Origin: a virus
IMG/VR virus record: IMGVR_UViG_3300050147_000056
Coordinates: 6,147-70,146 of that record
DNA length: 64,000 bases
Reading direction: 5' to 3' (one strand)
The notes under the pieces are model-generated. The model ran no database searches and was not told the origin of the DNA. It worked only from the letters and a program-made list of their open reading frames with translations. Numbering within the stretch: position 1 is the stretch's first letter; every line of letters begins with the position of its first letter. A program made the position numbers and the translations under genes. Below are positions 46,101 to 55,134 of this stretch, piece after piece.

Positions 46101-48571
46101 ACAATAGATTCAGAAAGAATACGCAGCTTTTGACGCTGTGCATCAGTCAATCCATTAGATAAATCATTAGCTGCTTTAGATGCTCTAGTAGCTACGTCTT
46201 TAGTTGGATTAGCACTCATTAGCTCTTCAAACATTGGAAGGTCTAAAGACATGTCACTATCCACAGGTGATTGCAGCCTCTCTAGACTACGTTGCTTAGT
46301 AGTTAGCTCTCCAAGCTTACCCATTAAATGCTCATACATAGTAGAAGCTCTAGCCTTTTCTTCTTCAGTAATTGAAGGGTCACTAATTAGCATTCCTGCT
46401 TCGTCTAACAGTGCCTGAGTTTCTTGAATTAATTTAGTAAGCTCAGTCATTGTCTGAGTGGCAGCACTACTACTAACTACACCTGCTGTTTCTCCACTAA
46501 CCTGTTCCGCAGCAACTGGTTCATTTACACCAGTATCTACAGTAGGCTCTTCTATACCTTCCCACATAGCAGCAGGAGCAATGTCAGGCACTGAATCAGC
46601 CGTTACAGTAGCTTCTGTAGTCACTGGAGCTACTAGCTCATTGAGCTTATCCCGTAATGCTTTAGACTCTTCTACACGAGCTTTTAGAGCATCTCTTGTA
46701 GCAGCGTTTTTAGCGATGTCTGTAGTCAACTTATCAATGGAAGCTGTGATGGCCTCAATCTTAGGTTTCATATCTTCTGGTTTGATTACTGCGAGCTTTT
46801 CTGCACCTGCAAGTAACTGCTGTTTTTTAGCTAGCTGCATCTCTAACGAGTTACCGCTCCCTACAACTTCGTCATAGTCGCTCTGAAGCTTATCTAAAGC
46901 CTTAGCAGCTTCTGCTAATGGGATAGTACGTTGTGCCTCTGTAGCAGCCTGTGTAGCTGTGTACATAGCTCTGTTGGCAGCTTCGATAGGATCATAGGTA
47001 GGCTTACTAGCATCCAGAAGCTCTTCAGTAGGTAGATCACTAAAGGTAGGTTCTTCTACTTTTCCTGAGCTGTTTAATACTTGATTAGCTCCTTTCTTAA
47101 AGTCTTGCCATGTTTGACCAGCACCACCCATAGCGATACCTGCAGCAGCTCCTAAGCCAGCAGCAGTACCCACCGAAGTACCTGAGACACTATCAAAGTC
47201 TCCAATACCACCACCTTCCTCAATCACCTGTTGTAAGCCTTCTACAGCTCCTTCTGCTAGGGCTACCTTACCAACACCTGTAATAGGTGCTAGTGCCATA
47301 CGGGCAGTTCCTTTAACAGCAGATGGCTTTACAGCTTTAGCTGCAGTCCTACCCAGCGCACCAAGCATCAGTCTATCTTGGATGAATTCGGACGCACCAT
47401 AGAGTGCAGAAGTACCTGTCAGCATAGCTGCATCTCTGCTAGAGATGATGTGCTTACCTTCTCTATCTGCTAGCTGCTGACGGCCTCTATTGAACTGCTC
47501 ACCTGCCATACTAAGACCAGAGATTGCAGCACCACCAGTAACCCCTGCAATGGCTGCAGTAGCTATATATGGCGCAGATTCAGCAAGTATTAAGCCAAGT
47601 GCAGAAGGGTCTGTGAGGCCGGATAATGCTGCTGTAGGTGCAGCAGCAGCAACTTGTTGAGCCTTTAATCCAAGAGTAGATTCACCTTTATTTTCTGCTT
47701 CATTGATCAGTACCTGCAGTCTACGCACCTCAGGAAGGGCAGCTACTCTACGTCCAATAGCTTCAGTTTGGGAATGATTAGCCCACTCACGATTACCGCT
47801 GAGGATGTCACTACCAGTACCAGTAGTCATTTCATTGACTGTGTCTGTGTAGGCTTGAATGCGTCTAGCACGAGACTCGTAGGTGTCATCAGATCCTGCA
47901 ATCTTTTGAGATAGCAAAGACTGCTCAGCCAAGGATAATGATCTAGGAGTTTCTTCCTGTAGCTTCTGCAGTCTACCCTTCAAGGATGTATTAAAGGGTT
48001 CTGCTTCCATCTGCTGACGCAACTCAGCCATTGCATTACCGTGGTCTACCTTCTGACGTTCAAGCTCAAGCATAGTATTCATAACTTGACGTGCAGGTTC
48101 GGGAATACCAGAAGAATCAGGTTCGAATGGTTGAGCAGCTAAACCAAGTAACCCCCTACCAATTTGCACTGTGCTACCTGCAGCACCAGCAGCAAAGTTA
48201 CCAATGTTAGCGGGTACAGCTACAAACGGATTCCCACTAGTCAACCTAGCAGTAGAGAAGAAAGGATGGTCATTTTCTTCTCTGACAATTCTATCTCGAC
48301 CTTGCTTGATGTATTCATCTTGCTGCTCCCCCAGTTTAATAATATCTGCACTAGGATTAGTGTAATAAGGGTCGTCAGACGTGAAGTCACGAATAGGCGA
48401 GCTAACAGAGCTATAAGTGTAATTTACCGTTGGCTTTTTAGCTTCAGTAATAGCAGCTAGCTCTTGTTGCAAGCGTAGACGACCAGCATCTCTTTTAATC
48501 TGCTGGTTTTGCAAAGCAGTTACGGTCTGTTCAATATCAAAGTCTGTTTGGTTCAGATCATCAATAGCCAT
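37163..48571 (-). CDS. virion-encapsidated RNA polymerase (N4 gp50-like), ~3,802 aa
   Basis: giant ORF; motif A ESDGVNNG, motif B RSGAKPMLIPANY, motif C HDA; GGAG RBS before ATG 48571. Confidence 0.93.
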   Translation of the reverse strand: MAIDDLNQTDFDIEQTVTALQNQQIKRDAGRLRLQQELAAITEAKKPTVNYTYSSVSSPIRDFTSDDPYYTNPSADIIKLGEQQDEYIKQGRDRIVREENDHPFFSTARLTSGNPFVAVPANIGNFAAGAAGSTVQIGRGLLGLAAQPFEPDSSGIPEPARQVMNTMLELERQKVDHGNAMAELRQQMEAEPFNTSLKGRLQKLQEETPRSLSLAEQSLLSQKIAGSDDTYESRARRIQAYTDTVNEMTTGTGSDILSGNREWANHSQTEAIGRRVAALPEVRRLQVLINEAENKGESTLGLKAQQVAAAAPTAALSGLTDPSALGLILAESAPYIATAAIAGVTGGAAISGLSMAGEQFNRGRQQLADREGKHIISSRDAAMLTGTSALYGASEFIQDRLMLGALGRTAAKAVKPSAVKGTARMALAPITGVGKVALAEGAVEGLQQVIEEGGGIGDFDSVSGTSVGTAAGLGAAAGIAMGGAGQTWQDFKKGANQVLNSSGKVEEPTFSDLPTEELLDASKPTYDPIEAANRAMYTATQAATEAQRTIPLAEAAKALDKLQSDYDEVVGSGNSLEMQLAKKQQLLAGAEKLAVIKPEDMKPKIEAITASIDKLTTDIAKNAATRDALKARVEESKALRDKLNELVAPVTTEATVTADSVPDIAPAAMWEGIEEPTVDTGVNEPVAAEQVSGETAGVVSSSAATQTMTELTKLIQETQALLDEAGMLISDPSITEEEKARASTMYEHLMGKLGELTTKQRSLERLQSPVDSDMSLDLPMFEELMSANPTKDVATRASKAANDLSNGLTDAQRQKLRILSESIVEMNATKNIETVTGDITSGGGKSIKYVSLSQYLQDFAQATKDKTGKVTNSLYKKLTEFQRDHAAKEEAIREAISITKEGYMTFVTRSGKDWVVGKPDTVANAAPKSASVRINAGVTVTSNSASGLLEAIEKENAAINRLVDNVERVYLNVDSTPITTTPGVTQTTTPVASTTTPVSTPVVAEEETQWFEEFSEQPPSNNFDGFEESDYQDSGVAYDEFGDIIYSDDTVTIEVDAAVEDIFLSTEEVATAGKELAGKLSIFEGVTDEVVAAEKAKLLESNGESVAGFQKANLVITGFKQTKKVLLTVVRDVMSNLNSPVVRGLIAAIRDTNKTNNQIVAMQGFLTLHKQLTPILEQLMLSTNEDYRYKDFLQFMMVDGKLDQNLMTAITAAIHDHIVSDGGKLFKKERDIRKMLGDKSENGYLDPLAYNDLHRRGDLRSQVIMSLGANAYAALGLSSNKDEATTRKERLIFALGSAAFATMESAKLVETSVMPAWVYKLHQDVLAGKAIYEFIDENTLAIPAEYEGQRVNALMNDKITFTRLATTQDSYGYDITTAAVNIVIDTAKGSGGFVANLFGTNNAKRQPMTRAPKKLAQTTINNTGVQVPSQLADKVAAMMRKPYRISKDMVATYNGLLKTDPELLYSMLGVVSDAELQTLHVVKRKRQTAINETIKKDLMIALETVESIKTNVDGEYVSVYLPMDVWVVNRVGVTSTALNDQGSKIHRSLMAMATHRVEVTVEPPIVDGKVTTFGNFILSIGSVMEDLKHAVGKSPDKINAETFIPSFMDYLATDRVQEAITAMQMTMQGESISAEARAALESVIAESGGGPMAIQAMTMLVAYKEAKDGKFTTEMAIESDGVNNGVAISEVLYGTVSPELMAAVGLYGEDSPVRDVPNYLTRGGKDYYTSSGQVMREKLDGLQAAYYMQKARFEEMLSNGLSESEAAWVNQKIKGLLDPSKVLPSLALLDPKYGSRSGAKPMLIPANYNASIPSIKRAGAREVVKGFYGMLEAAHNQAVDNKANGLPVDIVGFQSAIVAINTLITAMNQSTGDRVPTVKLGSINNALELVLTPEQEFTVMQADILSRGVATAEAITEISGAMGERRSALLAATNIGFELFNQQYENAVAAKVAERKAAGTLPFRTGKQDGEQVEQYLEGLSAQEEDVILAGLLENNNSIISVNGLGGKNPNESAHVGYSWSKAVYEGVDVPAVSKFNNLDTNLKNKTWSFSGYPARRKLEPVGLGMAAGTIQAVDAYVATTVAAQMDAANRHDAHAASVDSVQAVAKAQNRAFFNAITKYHLNSQGIKAMLKPIKGYLANPNKALSDEALFSIAKSFGAAVNTKSNKSDYYSSKNVAQLIRGWFKAAYTADIEKLNKLKQVKFINQYGTEAGYLELTSKDYARIDAQIAKLTASYKEQIAEIELLANEFSAAYSAQLQASDGVQKFIAKHPQANSTEGRMALWLRLNTRKAPAATASPVPVKGVLPNRQGVSSAVANKDQAKWSISNKYIGFGAEGTSTAAYAYAIDKALVNQKEYVATDKVYVSLNGGNRPTNASNFAKTLDLVAKAIAAGATIVIDTKQYRESNDYVSGDRKLATWLLANGYTEVNGTGSFVKGVNVSGVGNLVTSSVAPTKRITGKALQEVIAAKAKEAAASKSNHWSAKLEAALWKKFSTMSLGNTSLVVGAADVLDKGVTNGRYNRVTGLIQLLDKGNGGTAVGLLHELIHAATAVNLETNPVFNTEVTRIREAARKQLGQLSDYYEYAFKTNAEFVAVAMSDAAFQDLLNKIVIPQNRGVTTALVAFVKGLLESFGLDYRFNEQSAMAALLNTMTKKTFKVSNGDYGSLDLPTFTDAEAVVNRMTPRELFDSLDGGNTTNLFAAKLASQVSNVLSKTYGVLDSLTSVIGTNDQSAKDVWEATLASGRNLYSTRMIDAGFSVSDKERFAMETIEVVVAESLNKTFSSNLYRQVRAAYDAARTNLTPESFHDGDWLSATQSQRNTAIEKYNTLFRVGGNGGINEYLSRFVAASLACEEVATILGFAVAKPSNKNKSLLELLQAYVVSTFQWANSYMVKTSSAMTIAEKMPILAKQLISVHRTSKQSSIETVLDGWYTTIRRADPMLKKIGPMTSKLFKPLTKTDRFSGIAEVTIDTLNGNLMKQMDAIKEWRDSELPNQKYGWKAEMLNELNNPSKAMSAMVRLIRKHTSLQATRDDIAVATYTNVTEMFKDKGKYLTAKNSAALTNGLLRTNVHVLMDSIGIAGIEELLRSSGKRSTLRKALEGEILAYENGRLLVNRCKDLALYQTIGEGRVGLVKNTLSISQGVGSQEYSDQVDPVLIELLDRYTAVQAIQYTNGGVREELSRLFNIESYNTYEALATVLKYHASLQKEAKNTLFEGNERSIQQGWMPEISNTHRDLQIVGDTQTAKEMKNRGYIAVGQMRVDPNDPEQAPRVLFMNKDAGQQRFVTGSMSLTSTHSKGAAAFARADMTDKERFIAMKQTDNGVANALLKKAKQVDYDPRVEPVSMIGHYSNSGTTLDYYYEMDANTRNGLLQRNNNFAKLLGAYAANIFDKVESPKHNENVVNHLAKQYFGSKPEEAKKFVLVGTESTDPALREMWAMLPNATKAFAEDKFGTTGMYVSNEVLRSVFGFRKLSVSNSFDKNANERNVLEKLVVGAFEAAAGKKARAVAIRTQRANEEIVAFVKSSNVIRNLSTLVGNQSANMGMLSAAGVGILEVYRSSSKALAAGIQYQKDKAALVKVTQQISARIGNLSTLDSERNRILDSMAKNPLAEFLEEGMLSTIVEDISTTNDEYSYGSALMDKLDKSTQWVSPAIKEMLSFAFVTPSSSIFKLLAAGTQMSDFTAKYTIYNHERNKGVSHEDAVAVADRMFISYDVPTSPEMQALNDNGLVMYTKYYMRIQRALMYLIQEKPSGVVAQGALAYGLGTMGALDPLVFTNVGNPFGLAATDALSAVGQPLPIKLLLGF

Positions 48572-48586
48572 GTGTACTACTCCAAT

Positions 48587-48616
48587 AAAAGAAAATGAGT
48601 GCCAGTGGCACTCATT
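48587..48616 (-). terminator. hairpin terminator upstream of vRNAP
   Basis: AATGAGTGCC-AGT-GGCACTCATT with T-rich tail on minus strand. Confidence 0.6.
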
Positions 48617-48652
48617 AAACACTCATTCTTACTTAGACAAAAGTCTAAGCTA

Positions 48653-51013
48653 TTAAATAAGAGGCTTGGTTGAAAAACCACCCTTGGCAAGGGAATCCAG
48701 TTGTCGTCTGTATTTCTCTGCTGCAACCTTGTCCCTAGCAGCCTTAGCAGCAGCATCTTTTAGTTGCTGTTCCCTAAGCTTCTTTTGGTAAGCCAACTTA
48801 TCAGCTTCCTCACGCTTCTTAGAAGCAGCCTCTTCAGCACGTTTAGCTAAAACATCTTTAGCTAGCTGCTCTCGAGTGCGCAATACTTTAGCTTTATTAG
48901 CTGCGCTAGCGTAGGTCAACTTGTTCCGTGCATTGGAAGATTCATTGTACTGCTCCCTTCTGGATTGTGCTTTCGGCTGTTGAGGTGTAGCTTCTTGCAA
49001 CCTCTGCACATCTTGGTTTACTCCAGTAGAGGGTCTTCCAACAGCAGACTCTAAAGGATTATCTACTTGCTCTACAGTACCTCTTTGACGAACAGTCTTT
49101 TGTTTACCTACTTGACTATTAGGTCTGTCACTTGGATTAGTCAACGCCTTGTTATTGGCTTTGTAATACTCATTGATAATGTATTTACCAAGCACAGTAT
49201 TATTTAAGCCCCCCATCTCTACATAACCTTCGATACTAACAGCATCGGGATCTACGTTTAGATCCACAAGTTCTTGCTTTACTTTAGCAAGGTTAGTTTT
49301 CCATGCTGCATATGCAGTCTCTGTAGGAGGTGCTAACAATCTATCCCGCTGCCCTTTTGTTATATTATCTACTATTTCTCCTAATTCCCGTGGAGACAAG
49401 TCTGAAATTAAGTTTCCTGAGTTTGCAGCAGTAACGGTATTCATAATGGCAGCCTTAGTATCTGCGCTAGCATTTACAAATGGAGGGAATTTGTTAAGTG
49501 CACTTGTCATACTAGCTGTTGTACCTGCATCAGTAAGCCTAGTACCAAATTCACTTTTTTCTCCTGCATTTCTATTGGCAGCAGATAACGCGTTAGTACC
49601 TTCTAATGTACCAAATAGTAGGTTTCTTTGGGCTGTCTTACTGGCCGTATCATATTTCTCTAATGTATTTCTGTTTGCTTCTGCAAAGTTATTAATAACA
49701 TTTCTTGGGATTAGTGGAGCGGTATTACCTTTAATAGTAGTACCTGTCTTATCATCCATACGCTGCATGAACTCACCTAGAGTAAGTACACGACTAGTAT
49801 CGTACTGCTCTTTACCATTTACCATAACGCGCGGATAAAGCTTATTACCCCTGATAATTTCAGGAGTCATACCCGCAATAGCACTGATAGGAGTGTTGGG
49901 GTTACTAGCAACTTCCCTATAAATCTTAGGATACAGTGCAGGAAACATATACATTCCGTACACGTCGCTAGGTGTAACAGCGGTATTCGGAAACTCTTTC
50001 TGGAATTGCTGTGCACCTTCTAAAGCGTATGCTCTTGAATACTGCGTCAAAAGGTTAGGGTTACTTCTAGCAGCCTTCAATACAGCATCATCACCCTGTC
50101 CTTTAAATAACTCAGGACTGTATCTTCTAGCCAAATCCAGTAAGGTGCTGTCCACTATCTGTCCCTGACCCCTGGCACTAGAACTAGGATTCTTGCCAGT
50201 ACCTTCTGCCTTCATAATCTTAGGCAGTGCAGCGTTGGTAGCTTCCTCTGCTGTGTTATATGAGCTTCTGCGATTTTGTGTAACTTCAACAAATCGACCG
50301 TTAACAACATTCCACCCACCATTTACAGCTGTACCCCCTTTCCCCGATACTCCGCTCTGGCCATAAGCTGCAAGTTGAGTATCTGTCAGATCGTTGTTAC
50401 TAGTAGGTGTACTACCGGTAGCTCCTGTACCATCTGTACTGCTAGCAGTACCATCACTTTTGTTAGGCTTATTTCTAAGCACTTGTAGCTTGTACTGTTG
50501 CTCCCAGTCTGCATTCGCTTGTTGATCTGCCGCATTATTTGTAGCCGTTATTCCATCGTAAATACTCTTTACTGCTGCGGGATTCTGCACTTCACTTGCT
50601 AATCTAAGAGCGTCAGGGAATCCACCTACAGTAGTGGTTTTAAGCAACGCTCTATTAGCTACTGGCCTTTCTAGCTCATAACTTCTATTCAAAGCATTAG
50701 TGGCATTACTGTAGGATAGATTTCTAGCATCCTGCGTACCTGCTCTGAACGCTTCCTTGTTGTAGTCACCATTGTAGCCTTGACCTACTAACTGTGCTGC
50801 AGCTACAGCACTGTCAAACTCCTCCGGTGACTTAGCTGCATACAGAGGAGCGAGCATAGCCTCTGTATGATCTTTGGTTTGTTTATCGCCATAGGCCACA
50901 GCAGCACTTTGAATGCCTTGTAAACCCTGCAATAGCTGCTTTCTGCCTGCATCCATTTGAGACAGGACACCTGTCTCGTCTGCAGGTCTTACTTCATTCC
51001 AAGTGATAGCCAT
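48653..51013 (-). CDS. internal/ejected virion protein with lytic transglycosylase-like domain (N4 gp51 position)
   Basis: AE...NPSSSARGQGQIVDST lysozyme-like motif; AITW start; synteny. Confidence 0.75.
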   Translation of the reverse strand: MAITWNEVRPADETGVLSQMDAGRKQLLQGLQGIQSAAVAYGDKQTKDHTEAMLAPLYAAKSPEEFDSAVAAAQLVGQGYNGDYNKEAFRAGTQDARNLSYSNATNALNRSYELERPVANRALLKTTTVGGFPDALRLASEVQNPAAVKSIYDGITATNNAADQQANADWEQQYKLQVLRNKPNKSDGTASSTDGTGATGSTPTSNNDLTDTQLAAYGQSGVSGKGGTAVNGGWNVVNGRFVEVTQNRRSSYNTAEEATNAALPKIMKAEGTGKNPSSSARGQGQIVDSTLLDLARRYSPELFKGQGDDAVLKAARSNPNLLTQYSRAYALEGAQQFQKEFPNTAVTPSDVYGMYMFPALYPKIYREVASNPNTPISAIAGMTPEIIRGNKLYPRVMVNGKEQYDTSRVLTLGEFMQRMDDKTGTTIKGNTAPLIPRNVINNFAEANRNTLEKYDTASKTAQRNLLFGTLEGTNALSAANRNAGEKSEFGTRLTDAGTTASMTSALNKFPPFVNASADTKAAIMNTVTAANSGNLISDLSPRELGEIVDNITKGQRDRLLAPPTETAYAAWKTNLAKVKQELVDLNVDPDAVSIEGYVEMGGLNNTVLGKYIINEYYKANNKALTNPSDRPNSQVGKQKTVRQRGTVEQVDNPLESAVGRPSTGVNQDVQRLQEATPQQPKAQSRREQYNESSNARNKLTYASAANKAKVLRTREQLAKDVLAKRAEEAASKKREEADKLAYQKKLREQQLKDAAAKAARDKVAAEKYRRQLDSLAKGGFSTKPLI

Positions 51014-51015
51014 GA

Positions 51016-51456
51016 TTACTTGATCCCGTATTTAGCCATGTATTCAGAAGGTTTAACTTCGCGATTAGGATTAGCCCCATAACGCATAGCAGCCTGATTC
51101 TCTAAGCGTGAGTTAGTGATACTACGTTGTGCTTCATAGTTCTTAGCAAAAGCTGCTCTAGAGAAATCCAAGGATTCTCTAGCATTTTTGTTTTGCTGGT
51201 AACCGTTGTAAGCACCTAACAATCCCAAAGCAGCACCTACACCCCCATTAATCATGTCCTTGTTAGCAGAGTAACCTTGGCTAAACTTGTCAAACATGGA
51301 TGGTGTTTTACCCATATCCATATCAAAGGTGGGTGTAGTTTCTGTAGGTACTAGCTGCATACCCCCCATGTTCATATTTAGCTTAGGGACTGACTGTCCA
51401 TAGAACCTGTAGTCACCCATAGGGTCTTTGAACATTGAATAGTTGGGCGTGGTCAT
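51016..51456 (-). CDS. internal virion protein (N4 gp52-like)
   Basis: Gly-rich hydrophobic helix, NYEAQR..TN.RL; synteny. Confidence 0.75.
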   Translation of the reverse strand: MTTPNYSMFKDPMGDYRFYGQSVPKLNMNMGGMQLVPTETTPTFDMDMGKTPSMFDKFSQGYSANKDMINGGVGAALGLLGAYNGYQQNKNARESLDFSRAAFAKNYEAQRSITNSRLENQAAMRYGANPNREVKPSEYMAKYGIK

Positions 51457-51498
51457 AATGAATCTCCTAGGTTGATGGTGGGATCTTACACGTCCAGA

Positions 51499-53901
51499 CT
51501 AGCTAAACCCAACAGTCCTTAAAGTAGCTTGGGGTGTAGGTAGTCTAGTATTTAATCTACAGTAGTTAGCTACTGCATCAATACATATCTGAATTGTCTC
51601 TGTGGTCATAAGACTCCTGATGTAATAGCTGCTAGGCTCTTCACCTAACGTGTAGTAAGCCTTGTTACTTTCTACAGGTGAACTATAGAGATCAATTTCT
51701 TGATCTAGCTCTGCTGCTGCATCTGACAGTAACTTGTATTGAGCTTGAGCATAATCATTGAAAGCTTCTTGTGTTTCTAACACCTTCTCAGTCTCGTAAC
51801 TCATAGTTTTATTAGCAACCATCAAAGCTACGTTAGTTAGTCTAAGCAGTGCTACTGCACTCATACTGGCTAAGTTACCTACGTTTACTTTACCGGTCAC
51901 AATGGCTGCAACAATCACTAATGCAATAGACTGCTCCACATTCAAATCTAAAGCCCTAATAATGTAATCCAAGGCTATAGAACTAATGATGGATACTGCT
52001 ACTACATAGGCAATAGTAGTTATGATCGCATACACAGTCAGTGATTGACCTCCTGTTGGTAGTGCCAATATAACAGCTACTACAAACATAATTGCTTTGA
52101 ATGGTCCTGTGGCGTACCAAGGTACTTTCACTACTACCTTAGTACCAAACACTAATACCAAACTATCGTTGTATAACCGCTCTACAACCCTACCTGAGTA
52201 TCTTTTAGCAAAGCTCATATCCACAGGAATAACTACAGATTTACTGTCACTAGCTAATGCAGTGGTTACATGGTTTTGAATATAGAATGCGCCCTGTGTA
52301 AACCAATCAATACTGACTCTTTGACTTACTGTGCTAGCTAGGTTGTAGACCATATACTCTCTGTAAGTGTCGCTTGTTAGTTGCTTACGTATTTGTAAGT
52401 AAAACTGAGTAGTTCTACTTTGGTGATAATCAACTACAGTAACTAAACACTCTCCAATACCAGCAATCACGCCTGTGTAAGTCTTACCCGCTAACCATTC
52501 AAAACCAAAACTAGTTTTAGATAGCTTATCTTCTTTTGCTAAGTTGTAACGCCCCCTGTACTCATAGGTACTGCTTAATGGTAGTAAGTTAAAGTTAGGT
52601 ACTGTTATTTCATACTGTAGATTAAACAACAAATCAAACCAGTCGTATAAATACATAGACTGCGTTTTAGTAGGCTCTTCTACTTGGATGTATAAACCTA
52701 CATGAATATCCATGATCTTATCCAAGTCACTTAGGTTCTCATGAAGGGCATCGCACACATCTTCGTAATCCATCCCTAGTCTCTTGGACATTCGCTTATT
52801 GTCTTTGAAAAAGTCAGTACCTGCATAGCTCGCATGAGTACCAGCCTTTCCTCCCATCCTGAAGTAGACGTTTGGTGAGTACATAGCCTCATGGGAAGCT
52901 GCGTATACGACACTTTCAAGAGTAGGGTTACTACCATCCACCTTGTAGGTAAAGTGCTTGTATGAGCCTCCTACGATGTATCCAGCCATGTAGAACTCCC
53001 CTACATTCACTATCACAGGAGGAGTAGCTTCAGCAGTAGGATCAATTACCCCTGTTCCATCAATAGCATTACTCTCGTCATAGCTACCTGATGGCTCATA
53101 CTCTAGGAAGTCCTCTGTAAGCTCTACTACGTAGTCATGGTCGTAAACTATAGTCCTAGTACCTCCTGACGTTGTATCGCTTACCAGCGAGCTTGTAGGC
53201 GTAACTAGAGGGGGTGTTCCATTAAAGGTTGTGGTGTCAGTGGTAGCTGTGATTACTCTGGTTGACCTTAGACGACTAGTCCACCTGAACACGAATAGGT
53301 CTTTGTCTACTGTATTCTGTACTTGATAATCTGCCAGTACCCTACTGTTATCCTTAGCTCTTGATTGAGTTACACCAAAGTCAAAAGATAATCCAATAGG
53401 ATCTAAACTATCTTGATTAATCACCTGATCAATTGTGGCTTCGCAGTAAGCTACATACCCATCCAATAAGTAACAAGGTTGTCCTGTAAGACTGGTAATC
53501 CTATTGGTGAGTACGTCATAACCATAACGCGTAGTGAGTAATACCCAAGCCATGTGATAGTTGTTAGCTGCCCCATAGTCCACGTAATCCAAGGTAATAA
53601 CACTACTCTCTAGGGACTCTATGTAATCCTTGAGGTAATCATAAATAGTATCATTGTCTTGGATTAACTTACTGGAGTTGGTTTTACCAACAGTGTAGTC
53701 ATCTCTTTTACTTAGTAGCACTGCTCTCCTGTACTTAGCAGGTAAGTTGTTTTGAGTAGCTGTTAAGATGTCCTTGCTCAGGCTACCTGTGCCTGTACCT
53801 TTAAGATAGTTGGTTACTCCTGCTTTACCGGAGTAAGCAATCTTGCTGTCACCAAACATTCTAGCTACGGACGTACCGTAGTAAGTTTTCTTTTTACCCA
53901 T
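51499..53901 (-). CDS. virion structural protein (N4 gp53-like)
   Basis: KKKTY.G.SV N-terminus, V.V.WY..G.FK plus hydrophobic C-terminal region. Confidence 0.8.
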   Translation of the reverse strand: MGKKKTYYGTSVARMFGDSKIAYSGKAGVTNYLKGTGTGSLSKDILTATQNNLPAKYRRAVLLSKRDDYTVGKTNSSKLIQDNDTIYDYLKDYIESLESSVITLDYVDYGAANNYHMAWVLLTTRYGYDVLTNRITSLTGQPCYLLDGYVAYCEATIDQVINQDSLDPIGLSFDFGVTQSRAKDNSRVLADYQVQNTVDKDLFVFRWTSRLRSTRVITATTDTTTFNGTPPLVTPTSSLVSDTTSGGTRTIVYDHDYVVELTEDFLEYEPSGSYDESNAIDGTGVIDPTAEATPPVIVNVGEFYMAGYIVGGSYKHFTYKVDGSNPTLESVVYAASHEAMYSPNVYFRMGGKAGTHASYAGTDFFKDNKRMSKRLGMDYEDVCDALHENLSDLDKIMDIHVGLYIQVEEPTKTQSMYLYDWFDLLFNLQYEITVPNFNLLPLSSTYEYRGRYNLAKEDKLSKTSFGFEWLAGKTYTGVIAGIGECLVTVVDYHQSRTTQFYLQIRKQLTSDTYREYMVYNLASTVSQRVSIDWFTQGAFYIQNHVTTALASDSKSVVIPVDMSFAKRYSGRVVERLYNDSLVLVFGTKVVVKVPWYATGPFKAIMFVVAVILALPTGGQSLTVYAIITTIAYVVAVSIISSIALDYIIRALDLNVEQSIALVIVAAIVTGKVNVGNLASMSAVALLRLTNVALMVANKTMSYETEKVLETQEAFNDYAQAQYKLLSDAAAELDQEIDLYSSPVESNKAYYTLGEEPSSYYIRSLMTTETIQICIDAVANYCRLNTRLPTPQATLRTVGFS

Positions 53902-53920
53902 AATCGTTACTCCAATAAAT

Positions 53921-53942
53921 AAGGGAGCTTATTAGCTCCCTT
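53921..53942 (-). terminator. hairpin terminator
   Basis: AAGGGAGCT-TATT-AGCTCCCTT. Confidence 0.6.
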
Positions 53943-53961
53943 GGTTTACAGCAACTAACTA

Positions 53962-54552
53962 CTAGATAGGTACACTCTCAGGAGTGACACCAACACCTTC
54001 ATAAGCCGCTCTGACTGCAGCACCAATGTTAATGTCCTGAAGTAAGTTATCTGGACTAACGCTGGCTGTTTCATTGTTAGCACGAGTAAGCCAAGTATCA
54101 ATCATTAGCTTGGCTAGCTGCTGTTCCCCATTACGTTTGAAACCGTCTGTTTGAGCTTTCAGCAGAGCGTGTTGATAGCCCAATGCAGAGTTAGGAAGTA
54201 CAGCAGAACCATCAATATTAGCTAACTCAGTAGCCAGCTTCTGTTGATAGACTTGGTTCTGAATCTCTTGACCTGCAATTTCTTTTTGTAACTTGAGGAT
54301 CTCAAAGCCTTGAGTCTCTTTAGCCATAGTAAGGGTGATTGCTAATTGGAGTGTCTGTACGTAACCCTGCATAAACAAACTACCGTAGTCTTGTTTAGTG
54401 ATGCGGTCAGCCTGATAAGCATCATCTAAGTGAGCTTTCATAGTTTTCAGCAGTTTATCCAGCACACCCTCCCCACATAGAGACCCTTCAGTAAGGTCAC
54501 TAATGTCTAGTGCAATAGGCGTTACTGGTTGGATCTCTACTGGAGTAGGCAT
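53962..54552 (-). CDS. virion structural protein (N4 gp54-like)
   Basis: LT.G...G.GV.D.L..., Q..GFKR..EQ..AK...DTW. Confidence 0.8.
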   Translation of the reverse strand: MPTPVEIQPVTPIALDISDLTEGSLCGEGVLDKLLKTMKAHLDDAYQADRITKQDYGSLFMQGYVQTLQLAITLTMAKETQGFEILKLQKEIAGQEIQNQVYQQKLATELANIDGSAVLPNSALGYQHALLKAQTDGFKRNGEQQLAKLMIDTWLTRANNETASVSPDNLLQDINIGAAVRAAYEGVGVTPESVPI

Positions 54553-55070
54553 TACTCGTCCCCTTGTGCTGCTTGTACTTTAGCCAATTCACTCAGCTCA
54601 GCTTTGGTTAATGGAGGGAGGATAGTCACACCGTATTCCGGTACTAGCTTGGATTCTTTGTACTCACCATTAGGACCTTTCTTAGTAATCAAGGCTTGAT
54701 AACGTTTTGCTTGAATCTGATCCAAGAGAATCTGTTCTACGTGAGTGCCGTTAGGAGTACCGAAAGGTACGTAACGCTTTACTGTAGGGATATACGCATT
54801 ACCTACTGCAAAGAACTCACCTGCCAACTCTTGAGTGTTTGGATTACTGTTAGTGACGATTACACGTACAAGCTTAGTGGCTTCATCCTGTAAACGTTTC
54901 CGCATTGCATTGTCAGATTCAACTTCTACTTCTACAGGCTCTCCCAATGCTTCACCTACCAATGCACGAAGCTTATCTGTAGGGATGTTGTCTGCGTAGG
55001 TTAAGCCAAGTACACGTGCTCGTTGCTTGAGTGCGGAGCGTTCATCAAGTCCTGCAATTTCATTACTCAT
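54552..55070 (-). CDS. N4 gp55-like protein
   Basis: LKQRA..LG..Y..NI, LVRVIVT..NP, LPPLT..EL..LA..Q. Confidence 0.8.
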   Translation of the reverse strand: MSNEIAGLDERSALKQRARVLGLTYADNIPTDKLRALVGEALGEPVEVEVESDNAMRKRLQDEATKLVRVIVTNSNPNTQELAGEFFAVGNAYIPTVKRYVPFGTPNGTHVEQILLDQIQAKRYQALITKKGPNGEYKESKLVPEYGVTILPPLTKAELSELAKVQAAQGDE

Positions 55071-55087
55071 GGTTGTTTCCTGTAGAC

Positions 55088-55117
55088 AAAAGAAAAGGGG
55101 AAGATAATCTTCCCCTT
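55088..55117 (-). terminator. intrinsic terminator after major capsid gene
   Basis: AAGGGGAAGA-TAA-TCTTCCCCTT with T run on minus strand. Confidence 0.75.
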
Positions 55118-55134
55118 CATACTAGCAAGAGATT

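Noticed and set aside
37163-48571. Two cysteines spotted in vRNAP (LACEE, NRCKD) although N4 vRNAP has none
   Set aside because: Protein is still extremely Cys-poor; the difference is too small to interpret.
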